A stretch of DNA of 62,968 bases, counting the filler, from Cladosporium halotolerans (Eukaryota), in assembly GCF_011745625.1 (NCBI RefSeq). It is 3 parts of 3 records of this genome, joined end to end, with 100 filler letters (N's around TTAATTAATTAA, not from the genome) between each part and the next. Parts side by side here need not be neighbours in the genome. Positions count along the whole stretch, not along the records: positions 21,737 to 42,316 come from NW_027191546.1; positions 42,417 to 62,968 come from NW_027191547.1; 1 more part is not named here. One strand, 5' to 3'. Shown one piece after another: positions 34,801 to 45,616 of the stretch. Every line of letters begins with the position of its first letter. Positions within the stretch are counted from its first letter, which is position 1. The notes below the pieces were generated by a model. That model did no database searches. It saw only the letters and a list, made by a program, of their open reading frames with translations, and was not told the DNA's origin. Position numbers and translations under genes: made by a program.

Positions 34801-37379
34801 CGGGGGCTGTGCTTGGCTCTCCGCGCTGGCTTGCTCGCTCCTCATCAGCAAATGCCAGACACTCTTTTCGCACGCGCGCAGCAAAATTCTTCAGGGTTTG
34901 CACTTGCTTGGTCTGAGGTATCTACGCCTTTCTAAGTCATATGGCGTAGACGTTTCACTCCATCCAAAAAATCCGGAGCTCAATTCGAGGAAGCTCAACC
35001 TGGTCTCGGTCGTTCCCTGCCACATTTGCGTGACCTCATCAGTTGCCGTTAAGCACCCACCAGCGCGCGGCCCGGCAGCTCTTCTCTCGCAAAAGGTCGC
35101 CGCAGATGCTCGGAGCGGACCGCGCATTTGGGACTACGAGAAAGTCCCAAGTGTACCGTAATCATGTGAGGCACCAAGACCTTGATGTCGTCAAGGTCCG
35201 AACGCATTGGCGCTAAGCGAAGAGTAGGCCTGGGGTCCAAGTGTGGAATGGCACGGTGACCTAGCGTGGCCGTCACGGAATAAAGTTCATTATCATCACC
35301 ATCAGCGTGGCCATCACGGATCTCAACGCCTTGTCCAGCATCTTCACGTGTCGACTCGAGCCAACCTAACAGAGGCCTAGATTACAGTAGACTTTTTCCG
35401 CTTTCTTGATTGCGCGCGCTGTGGCTGTGTCGCGTCCTCTTGCTGTTCTTCACTTGTTGTCGTCGACCACCACTTTCCTGCCAATATGTCGCTGCCGCTC
35501 ACGCACCGAGGTCGACCATCGAAACTCCTGATCTGATACCCCGACGCCCCGTTCACATTGCGTGTGCTGCAATTCACTCAACTGCATGTTGCACCAGCGG
35601 CTGCGTTCGGAGACAATCCACTTGCTGAGTAACGTTACCTTAGTAATCAGACGCAAGCCACTGTTCCGATTCGAGGCAGTGGCGACGTCCAGATTTGCAA
35701 GACCTACTGTATGTTCTTACGGCTGTCGCTGTTGCTTCCCAACCCTCTTGACTGCCGACGGTTGTGCTTCGTGGCTGTCAAGTCACGGTGCGTACGCTTT
35801 CGGCACGCATCGCGTGCAGAAGCACTTTCCAGGTCAACCCCCACCCTGCAACGTGCGTTGTTAGGGTTAGGGTTGGGGTAGGCAACGAGTGGCTTCACGC
35901 CCCTGCTGTTATGACTGCGACTTAATTGTACCATTGACCATCGCAGGAAACATGTGAGCGGCAGGATCGCCAAGACCTCTGGAGGATAAATCCTACTGTA
36001 AACTCACCTCGTGCATATCGTAGTGTCGTCGACTTGTGCAGTAAGTAATTAGCGCTATGACGGTAGCAAACACACCCGCACATCGCCAGATATGTAATTT
36101 AGATTGGCAGACGCGACGCTCGTTTCTGACCACCTAGCAATATTTGAACGTAATTTACAGTATTCATCATACAAGAGTAAGTCAGTCTTTTCTACAATCG
36201 CTATCGAGATGCAGGAACACCAGTCCAATCGAACATGGCGGCTGAATCTACCACGCTCACACCCAATTACCAGTAAGATACGGCAGGACGATTTTGCTCA
36301 CGTCACGGGTCGCCGCCTGTGAGACATCCAGACTCGCAACTCTGTCTCTGCCGGCGAAAGCTCTCGAGACGCGATCCCAATTCAGGTGCAGACATACCCT
36401 ATCTACCAGCATGATGCCGACCGCTTCTCCCAACACCAGATTCGCTGCCCCGATCAAATCTGACGTATCCCACAAGCCAGGGCACATCGATGCCGTCCGA
36501 GACATGCGGAAGTGCCCTCGATTGTCTTGAGCGCGCCCTTCCAATCCTTTCCGTGTGCGCCAGAAGCATTTCTTACAGTCCGTGAGTGCCACACCGTTAT
36601 GGTTCCGAGAAGTCTTCGACGGCCTGGGCAGGCCAGGTATGGTTCCGTTGCTGTACTCGATGAGTACAGCGCTCAGGCATTGGGCACAACAAAGGATGAG
36701 GCATCCCGACTTGAGACGAGTGTCCCGCCTCAGCGAGTCTCCTTCGAGATCAGACGGGTCGTCCAAATCCATGTACATTGTGAGGCTCTGCGACCGCCGA
36801 AGCTTCTTGTGCTCTCGCATCGGCGACTGCAACTTGTTTGGAGCGTAATCCTCCATCGGGAGGTCTTCCATGCGGAGATCAAGATCATCCATGGCGCCGT
36901 ATAGCTCAGGTAGCAGCGAGTTGCGGATCTTTCGACTTTGGGCGACTTTGATTGAGCAAAAGGGTGAGGGCCCGCTGCACGGATTCGATTGGATATGAAC
37001 AACAGGGCCAAGGTGATGCTGTACAGTAGCCTCCATTTAGATACACAACCATTGTTATAAAAGCGCCGTCGGTCCAACAAGACTTCGTGGCACGGCTTCC
37101 GGGCAGAGACGTTCTCTTCCGTTGTTACCCCCGAGCCAACATCTTTGAGGCCCCTCCCCTTGTCTGCTCTTTCTTCACTGGCTGGGGACAGCTGAAGTGG
37201 CGGCGTTGTCACGCGCCATGTGACTCCGCTTAAACGCGGAAGCCTCCAGATTGATCCGATAATGTAAGGTTACAGTATTGCAAAGGGAGAGCTGCAAAGG
37301 AAAAGGAAGGATGCAATATCGAGAGCCGTGTCCTCACATCACTATCTTGCACACTGGACTAGACTGCTTGCAGGTGAAG

Positions 37380-39462
37380 TCACTGCCTAATCGTGTCATC
37401 ACACCCTACATCGGCGGCTTGGTGCAGAAGTTTGCGGAGGTTGATGTGTTTCCAGTTTGCGCTGTCTTTGCTGAGCTTCGGGAGAGCAGTCTGAATTTCA
37501 AGGCGGCCCTGCTGTCCGGCGGCGATCAAGGCACCATTGCCATCTCTCAGATGCTTTACGAGCCGCACGGTGACTGCAGCGTTCCCAGGTTTGCACTGCG
37601 CGACTCAGGGGAGTCCGTCCAAACTTGTCCACGAATTGCACCTCGTGCCGGTGCCTCCAGAAGCAAATCTAAATTTATCTCGCGCAGGGCGTTACCTCAT
37701 CGGCCGGTCGAGGCCGCGGTCTTTTATGACACTTCCCTGCTTGACATGGGGAAATGAAAATGGCAAGGAATTTTAAAGCATGTCATGCCGCTCAGCAGTA
37801 TGTGCCCCTCGGAACGCCTGTAGATCATCTGCAAGGTGCCAGGACCAATGCGTGGTTAGTGCTGTACTGTAGGAAGCGGTCACGGGCTTCAAAACCGGTC
37901 CCGCCCTGAATGCGGGCGGGATCAGCCCCACAATCCAGCTGGTCACGAATGGGAGCGTCAAGCAGCGGCTGTTGTTGATCTATCAACGCGAGCCACCGAT
38001 TTGCTCGGGAGCAAAAGCGCGGACCGACGGCGGCGCCATCAGACCAGCCCGCCGCAGCAGTCCGTATCGCGTGCAAGCCACTACTCGCAATGGCAGGAGG
38101 CACGCATACTGAACTCACTCGCCCTGCACCACGCGGCCACCTGCTCTCACGCGCGCATAGCATTGCACCAACAGCACCGACGCGCTGCCGCAGCATACGC
38201 GACATCTTCTCTCCATTACCGCCGCCATGGCTGTCGCCCCCAAATTAGTCTCTGCCGCAACAATGCATTCACGTCCGTCCTCGCTGGCTCCCCATGCTTC
38301 CAGCGGCAGTCTCCGCCAGTGGTCCCGAGCAGCTGCGACAGTCACTGGCGATCGCAACGATAGCTCCGAGTCGGGGCGCGTCTCTTGAAACCACCTCCGA
38401 CCTAGCCAACAACGACAACAATTCTTTGCGCGGCGAGCGAAGCCGAAGTTGCAGACGAGAACGGCAATGATACTCCCCAAAACCTAGGAACAAAGGGCGT
38501 GCGCGCACATGGATTCGGAGCATAGCTTGCAGTGGAGGCAGATGCCTGCAGAACCGCAAGAGATGATTTTGATGCAGAAAGCTGTGGGAACGAAAGGATA
38601 CAAGGTGAACTACTGTATGGCGACCGCCTCCTACCACACGGGGGTTCCACGACCCAGGACGACGTCTGGTACCTCAAAGGACGGAAGTCGAACATCAATG
38701 ACATTTTGGCGGAGCCAGTCATCACTGGCCCTGTGACTCGCAAATCAGGTCACGCAAAAGGCAGATGCTGCGCTGATACCCTTGAACCAACTACCACAAC
38801 TTTCAGCTCGCGCACCATCGACACCACACTGCCATGAGATCTAATAGCCTGATACCTTGGAGCGATTGACTCTCACTTCTCAAGAAGACGTGAGAGCGCA
38901 AGGCTGAGGCTTGGAAGGGTCACGACCAGCATCCCGGCAACCACGCAGCCCCGTGGGATCAGAACGTCAGCTTCGTTTGCAGACGACACGTTTGAGAAAG
39001 ACTCACTGCGAAGATGGCTGTCGTGGTTTGAGACGACAATCTCGATTTGTTAACGATTAGAGCTCGGTTCAAGCGCGGCAATTTGACCGTCCGGAGGTGT
39101 TGGCGGAGAAGAGTCCAGGAAGCCTTGACGAGCGCACGTCTCGCCCTGAGCCGAAGCCACTCCAAGCCGGAAGCTTCGTGCTGGAGATCTTGCGAACCGG
39201 ACCAGCTCGGGGCCTGCGCGTTTTCTTTCGCTGCAGAGCCAGTGACATCCAGCCAGCGCAGTGATCTGGAGATGGCGCCAGAAGTTCCGAGTTGCCTCAG
39301 GACTCGGTCAAAACCGCCGGCCACAGACGAGAGTTGCTGCAACAGATTGTTCACGTCTAGCGTCTCGATTCGAAGAGCAGGCAGTCTTGTCAGCAATAAA
39401 ATCGCGGCAGTGGCGCTGAAGGCCAGCAGGGTCAGAGGGAGTATTGAGAGACTTTGCATCAT
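37380..39462 (-). pseudogene. Decayed HeLo-like N-terminal domain + ankyrin-repeat gene (NLR-related)
   Basis: N-terminus MQSLSILPLTLLAFS..ILLL..L...DVNNLLQQLSS resembles fungal STAND N-terminal domains. Downstream ankyrin-like pieces are ETNLGATA, LDCGADP and VDKFGRTPLSRAV/(frameshift)GNAAVTVRLV. Stops and frameshifts are present. Confidence 0.4.
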
Positions 39463-39826
39463 GTTTTGGCGGTAGCACAGAAGGTCGGAGAGCGATCCCA
39501 CCGTGCGGTTCTTATGTTCCTGCAAGCATGCTGGCAGAGCCTATAGGTGCTGTCAGACCCTGGAGGCCAGATGGTCACGCGCCGGCGTTCGACTGACCCC
39601 GACCGAGAAATACTGGCTGCCTGAAACACTGGATGAAACACTGGCTCACCCTGCTTCCTTCTCTGGGGAAAAGGGGGGAGATTGAGGATATGCTATATAA
39701 GCCGTTCGCTTGTGTATGTGCGAAAAGAGGGACATTTCCCGGGCTCTGTAGGTCGCGGTGACACTGTCTGGTTTACTCGACTTGTTTGCCAGCCCTCTCG
39801 ATCAGAGAAAGAAACTACATCACATT

Positions 39827-40293
39827 ATGGGCTCGTGTTCGGAGGCCAGAAGGCTCAAAGAGAGATTCCACAAGTACAGAATGTCCCTCGGAAAAAAAGC
39901 GGACTTGGCCAAGGAGCACCAGGCGGAGATCCAAATCGTAGTGTTTCGCAAAGGCGTATTGTACGACATCCCCGGGGGCCGTCGTGAAGTAAGCTCTCGC
40001 AGAAAGACGCCCTTTGTGGGCTACGAAACGGACTCTGCTGACGATTTCAGGACTCGAAGAAGACACTATCAAGTCGATCCAAACACACTCCATTGAAAGC
40101 AAATCGTCGACAAAATTTAACTTTCGTCGAGCCAGCCGCATTACGTCCTTCGCAGCTCAGTGCGACAACAGCAAACCCTATACAAAGCTCGCGGATGCTA
40201 AGACCGGTGGAGTCGTTGGCGGGACGTCGACGTGGGTCGGAGGTATCGAGCGTGCGACGCAATGTCTTGGCCGAGCTGGGCTTGGAGGAATGA
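39827..40293 (+). CDS. Small MADS-box (SRF-type)-like protein, one intron (~39989-40049)
   Basis: EARRLKERFHKYRMSLGKKADLAKEHQAEIQIVVFRKGVLY matches the MADS pattern F.KR..gL.KKA.eL...c.a.v.lvv. A GTAAGC...GCTGAC...CAG intron leads to a second exon ending in TGA at 40293. Confidence 0.55.
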
Positions 40294-40628
40294 GGGAAGC
40301 AATCGAGGTATCTTTCAAGTTGAGTGCGCAAACAATTTCGGTACATGAACGCCGGGTCATCGGTGGTGCAGTGTGACGTGTCAGTGAGCCGCAATATGCC
40401 CGTGATTAAGCCTATGTTTGCAGCGCCCTCCGAGACCAACAAGGATTTTCAGCCTCAGCTTTCAGTCTCATTCCGTTGCCTCCCGACCACAGTACTGTGG
40501 AGAAGCGTGAGGTGGTATTGAGTGCAAGGCACATGTGCAGCATGGGAACGCAGCGCCGAGATTCCACACCACGTGCCATCCCCGGCATCAGCCTACAGGC
40601 GACGACGTTACCGACCCTTTCCGATGCT

Positions 40629-42315
40629 TCATCGAAGGCACATGCGCTTCGGCGGTCGTGGCGCCTCTTGCATCGACATTCGACGACCACGATTTTCCCC
40701 GGAATTTTCGAAGCGCTCGGGGTTGCTCACCATCCGCCGTTCGTCTGTGGCGCAGCTCTGAGCCATCAAGGTCTCGAAGACTGCCGAGCGTTCATCCCCA
40801 AGGAATTTTTGAACGAAGAGATCTGAATCGAAACGTGTCGGGTCATCCTGCACGATGCTCCTCAGACCCTGCAACGCAAGCCTGACCGCGCACCTCGGAA
40901 TCTGCGTCGGGTGCGTGAGGTTTGTGGCGGCCCACTGCGCGGCAGTCGAGTAGCGTCCTGCTTCTCGCTCGTCCCAGAATGATCCCTCCACCGACGCGGA
41001 CGCACCGACGGCCAAATGCGCGCAGACGATGCCGGGCGGCAGGACGAGGACGTCGTGAGGCTCGAGGAGCACCAGCCGTTGTTCCCCCCGCGGCTGCCAG
41101 CCCAGTCTGTCGCTCGCGAAGTCAGCGTACAGCGACGTCGTCATCTTCGCGCGAGGCACGAAGGCGCACAGCCTCCTCCCCATCAGATTGCGAATCCAAG
41201 TGCCTCCCAAAGGATCTACGCAGGGCCCGACAAAGGCGCCGGAGCCTTCGACGCGATTGAAGGTCAGGCCGCCGCTCACACACAGAGAGTGAGCGCCAAT
41301 AGAGCAGCCCGTCACCCAGCCGCCATGCGCTGCTTCGACAGCCTGGGAGACGCCCCTCGTGATCGCGGCGTGAAGCAATCGAAAGCGGTCAAGAGACAGA
41401 AACGTCGGTCGAGGCGCCGCGAGGGAATCACACACAGTGGAAGAGCTGACTGGCACTTTGCCGCTCGAAATGTCTGCGAAGAAGTCTGCGGTGCCAGCGT
41501 GCTCTATCCTCTGTGTGAGTGTGTTGATGGTCGTGACGGTCTGGTCCCCGAAACTGTCGCGCATCGCCTTTCGCAACGATTCCACATGGTACGTCCGTCG
41601 GTTGATCTGGCGCTCTGTGATGACAATCGGTCTCTCGATGAGGACGCCTCTGTCGGCCAGGCTTTCGAAGACAGCGGGGTCGGCGTGCAACACCTCCGCC
41701 TCCACATCCACCTCGATCTCGTTACCGGGGCCGTGTCTCTCGGATGGTGCTGCGGCAGAGGCCCACGTCGCGTCCCCGAACCAGCTATCTCGCGCACGGC
41801 ACAATTCAGACGCGTCGTGTGAAGCCGCTTCGAGCTCGACCGTGCTGAGGAGCGGTACGAGCGTATTGCAAGTTTCGCATTGACAGACGCTCGGCCGAGT
41901 GTCAAGATGGCTGTGGTGGGGACCCTCGGAGCGGTCTGAAGACGTCACATTGCTGCTGTCTGCAGAGCTTTCGACCTCGTGCACTCGGGTGCTTGCTGAT
42001 ACACTACTGTCGTCAAGCACATCGTCAAGCTGCTGTGGGTAGACCATTCCCTTGGCAGAACGTGAAATGTACGAGGCAAAACCGGACGTTGGCACTTCAT
42101 CGTACGAGCCCGGGGCGGCTACATACGGTTGCATCACCGCGAACGCCTTAAGCGTTGCGGAAATGTTTGCAGTTGGCCGACCTGCCTGGTATGTGTGTGT
42201 TGGAGGCAAGCTCGAACCTCTTCCTGCGTTTCTCCATGACCACGCCGTTCCAAAGTCACTGCTGTCTGAAGTGGAATCTTCCGGCGAACTTGCTTCGCTA
42301 CTTCCTGTACCATGC
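40629..42315 (-). CDS. JmjC/cupin-like domain protein, 5'-partial (frame open to the gap); canonical Fe ligands altered
   Basis: RPIVI, RPTFLSLDRFRLL, FN....GAFVGPCVDPLGGTWIRNLMGRRL.AFVP, W.P.GEQRLVLLEPHDVLVLPPG.VCAH, and EGSFWD follow the fungal accessory JmjC-like pattern. Confidence 0.7.
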
Positions 42316-42316
42316 T

Positions 42317-42416
42317 NNNNNNNNNNNNNNNNNNNNNNNNNNNNNNNNNNNNNNNNNNNNTTAATTAATTAANNNNNNNNNNNNNNNNNNNNNNNNNNNN
42401 NNNNNNNNNNNNNNNN
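42317..42416. other. Artificial scaffold gap spacer
   Basis: N44-TTAATTAATTAA-N44. Confidence 0.97.
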
Positions 42417-42514
42417 GCTTGATCACGACCCTTTGGCTTGCTTGCTTGCTTGGTGCTCAAAATAGCCAAGCGCAAGCAAGCCGCTCGTACTGGGCTTGCT
42501 TGTGGACACCACTG
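42417..42514 (-). mobile_element. Terminus of a third hAT-like element (CAAG/CTTG subterminal repeats)
   Basis: Reverse complement begins CAGTGGTGTCCACAAGCAAGC. Contains inverted GCTT/AAGC arrays and abuts the gap. Confidence 0.65.
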
Positions 42515-42626
42515 CCTAGCGGTTTGGGAAGCGCAACTTGGAAACCACGGGTTATGGCCAATTGAGCGCGCGGTTGAGTCTTGCAATATCAGCAGCCTGC
42601 TAGAGGCTTTAAGCTCATTGGAGATA

Positions 42627-44768
42627 GAAGTCTTCCCCCACTTGTGCACATCCCTGGCTCGTGCACACTTTCACAGCTCATCAACAACGCCCTTTCACAC
42701 GCGATATCTCCACAACCATGGCTTCTATCGATGAGGCAATCGCATTTCTGAGATCCTCTAGATCTCAAAATATATCTGAAGCAGCTAGGATGTTCAATGT
42801 CAACAGAAGCACCCTCAGCAAGCGGTTTCATGGAAAGACACGCTCTACAGCCAAGGGCCACCACATGCAGCAACTTCTCACACACAAACAAGAACTCATA
42901 CTTGTTAAGCAGATTAATAGATTGTCTGAGTGGTGTCTTCCACCTACACCATCAATAGTAAGAGCTTGGGCTGCTGCATTATGTGGCACAGAGCCTGGCA
43001 AGAACTGGTCTGCCGCCTTCAGAGCCCGACACAAGGATGAGCTTGACTGCAGATATCTCAACACCATAGATCTTGAGAGGCATAGGGCCGACTCAGAGTC
43101 TTCCTATAGGCAGTACTTTGCTATCCTGAAACAGAAGATCATCCAGTACAATATACAGCCTCATAACTGCTACAATATGGACGAGAAGGGCTTCCTGATA
43201 GGCCATCTGCAGAAGGCCAAGAGAATCTTCCCAAAGGCTCTTATGAAGACTCATAAGCTTCTAGGCACTGGCCAAGGTGGTGCTCGACAATGGATAACTC
43301 TTGTGGCGACCATATGTGCTGATGGCAGCTCACTGCCGCCTGCTCTGATCTATAAGGCTGTCAGTGGTAATCTTCAGGACACTTGGCTTCAAGACCACAA
43401 GCCAGAAGAGCATCCTTGTTGGTTTGCAAGCTCGCCCAATGGATGGACAAGCGATGAGCTCGGTTTGAGCTGGTTACAGAGCCTCTTTGATCCTCAGACC
43501 TCAGACAAGGCCAAGAGAGACTGGAGGCTGCTCATTCTCGATGGTCATGGCTCTCATTGCACTCTGGACTTTCTTGAATGGTGTCATAAGCATAGGATCT
43601 TGGTTTCTATCTACCCTCCTCACTCGACTCATAGACTGCAGCCTCTGGACGTCAGTCTGTTCAGACCACTCGCGACCTATTACAGCCAAGCCTTAGATGC
43701 TCATACTAGACAGTCTCTTGGCTTAACGAGCATAAGTAAGCGAGACTTCTTCGCCGTCTTCTACCCAGCGTTCGACAAGGCCTTTACAGAAGAGAACATT
43801 CGGTCTGGATGGCGCAAGACTGGCATAGAGCCCTGGGATCCAGCTGAGGTGCTAAAGATCTTCGGCAAGGAGGAAGACGAAGCCTCAGACAGTTCACCAG
43901 CCTCGGCGCCCTCTGAGAGCCTTAGAAGCAGCTGTCTTGACTCGCCAAGAGCCACAAGAAAGATCAGGAGGATAGTGGGTCAAGGTGTGGCTGCTGATGA
44001 TGCTAGAAAAGACAGGACAATCAGACTTCTTGGCGATGCCTACCTTGGAGCTTCTGCCAGAGCCAAGCTGGCAGAAGAGCGTGAGCAAGGTCTTCTTAAG
44101 TCTATTAATGCCGAGAAGAAGAAGAGAAAGCGTGGTAAAGCCTTCACCGACCAGCTTAGAGCAGAGGAAGGCCTTGGGGTGCTGTTCTTTAGCCCCTCTA
44201 AGGTAGTCAAAGCTAGAGAGCTTGTAGCAGCTCAGGAGTTTGCTAAGGATGACAAAGCTCTTGACCGACTGCTCCAAGCTGAAGACAGAGCTCAGCTCAA
44301 GGCTCATATGGAGCTTGAGGCTCGGCAGAAGCGCGAAGACAGAGCTATTAGAGCTGTATCGAGGAAGGCCAAGGAAGCTCTGAACAAGGCTCAAAGGGAA
44401 CGTGACAAGATAGACAAGAAGGCTCAGAAGCAGCTTCGAACAGAGTCTTCGGCCATGCAGAGAAGGCCGAGAGGAAGGCCACCTAAGCAGAAACAGCCTC
44501 AAGAGCCTGTGGTGGTTGTCACTGAGCCCGAAGTTGAAATCGTGCCAGAACAGCCAAGGTCAAGGACTGGCAGAGCCATCAAGCGACCAAGGCTCTTTGA
44601 CGATATCTGAGTATATAGACCTGTAGAAGAGACTACTGCAATTAAAACTAGCTATCAACGAGCTCCCATACTTGTGTTCTGATTGAGATATAGTGCTTCG
44701 AAGATGGTGGTAACGATGTAGATACAGTGTGCACGAGCCAGGGATGTGCACGAGTGGGGGAAGACTTC
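42627..44768 (+). mobile_element. Full-length Fot1/pogo (Tc1-mariner) DNA transposon, TA target-site duplication
   Basis: ~42-bp TIRs GAAGTCTTCCCCCACTYGTGCACATCCCTGGCTCGTGCACAC with one mismatch. TA at 42625-42626 and 44769-44770. Confidence 0.95.
42718..44610 (+). CDS. DDE_1 (Fot1/pogo) transposase, intact
   Basis: N-terminal HTH (ISEAARMFNVNRSTLSKR), CENP-B-like domain, and YNMDEKG / LILDGHGSH / LQPLD (DD35D). Confidence 0.95.
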   Translation: MASIDEAIAFLRSSRSQNISEAARMFNVNRSTLSKRFHGKTRSTAKGHHMQQLLTHKQELILVKQINRLSEWCLPPTPSIVRAWAAALCGTEPGKNWSAAFRARHKDELDCRYLNTIDLERHRADSESSYRQYFAILKQKIIQYNIQPHNCYNMDEKGFLIGHLQKAKRIFPKALMKTHKLLGTGQGGARQWITLVATICADGSSLPPALIYKAVSGNLQDTWLQDHKPEEHPCWFASSPNGWTSDELGLSWLQSLFDPQTSDKAKRDWRLLILDGHGSHCTLDFLEWCHKHRILVSIYPPHSTHRLQPLDVSLFRPLATYYSQALDAHTRQSLGLTSISKRDFFAVFYPAFDKAFTEENIRSGWRKTGIEPWDPAEVLKIFGKEEDEASDSSPASAPSESLRSSCLDSPRATRKIRRIVGQGVAADDARKDRTIRLLGDAYLGASARAKLAEEREQGLLKSINAEKKKRKRGKAFTDQLRAEEGLGVLFFSPSKVVKARELVAAQEFAKDDKALDRLLQAEDRAQLKAHMELEARQKREDRAIRAVSRKAKEALNKAQRERDKIDKKAQKQLRTESSAMQRRPRGRPPKQKQPQEPVVVVTEPEVEIVPEQPRSRTGRAIKRPRLFDDI

Positions 44769-45423
44769 TACCTGATTTGGTTCCAGGATGCGGTTGTAGA
44801 GATTTGACGCCTCGCCTTCCTTCAAAACTTCGCGAGATTGTTTGTCAAACTCTCAGTCGAATCCCTATCACGATCAACTCGAGCGATACGTCAGGGCATG
44901 CAAGCAGATGGTAACAAGCTAGTCTATGTATTCACGTCGAAATTTCGTTTCAACCTTCAATCTCTAGCAAAGGTTCTTTCTAACCTGTGCTTGACGCGTA
45001 TCAGGCGGCATCTATGTAAGTGATCACTAGCTTGCTCTTGATAGAGCTCATCCTCGCGATCTCCTTCGGCACCTCGTCCCGGGGGATGTGTATGAATTCG
45101 CTGTTGTCTCCGTCGACGTCCCTGAGCAGTGGCCGTAACTCGAGCATGACATGCGTGAAGTGTATTTTTGCACCTTACGGTCATGAACTTGTACTCGTCC
45201 TGCTTGATAGATCGCAACGAGAGCCACCTCAGCCGGCATCGCAGTCGCAAATCACCATAACACAGGTCGAATCGCAAGTCGAATCGCGGTTTGGCTCGCA
45301 AATAAAGTCTCCTTCCACATCTGTTCTGCGCAATTCAGAGTAATCCGTTGCGACCAACCAAGCGCTGTCGTTGCGATGTCCCCAGCACCGGCTTCTCAGT
45401 CTCGGAGTTTGGAATGGGGTTAA

Positions 45424-45544
45424 TGATGAAATTGGGTGTGAAAGAGTTGATTGAGCTATGTATCTACTGCTGGGGCCATCCACTGCTTTATACCTGCAGT
45501 GGGTCTGTGGCGGTCTGGATGCTCTTGTCCGGCAATCTTCAACA
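45424..45544 (-). repeat. Copia 3' LTR
   Basis: Identical to 52554-52674. Preceded on the minus strand by the polypurine tract AACAAAGGGGGG (45545-45556). Confidence 0.95.
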
Positions 45545-45616
45545 CCCCCCTTTGTTGTACACCAGGGCCCATACCGCCACTCTTCGTCCCCATTCTGGCA
45601 GTCTCAGCTTTCTCTT

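Noticed and set aside
34526..35872. True telomere or telomere-fusion scar
   Set aside because: Only two TTAGGG units at each site, embedded in a longer duplicated unit.
21539..42514. One 21-kb composite hAT element bounded by the ends at 21539 and 42514
   Set aside because: TIRs and subterminal 4-mers differ, the flanks CACAAGCT and CCTAGCGG are not a TSD, the peptidase does not resume after 42514, and two artificial gaps intervene.
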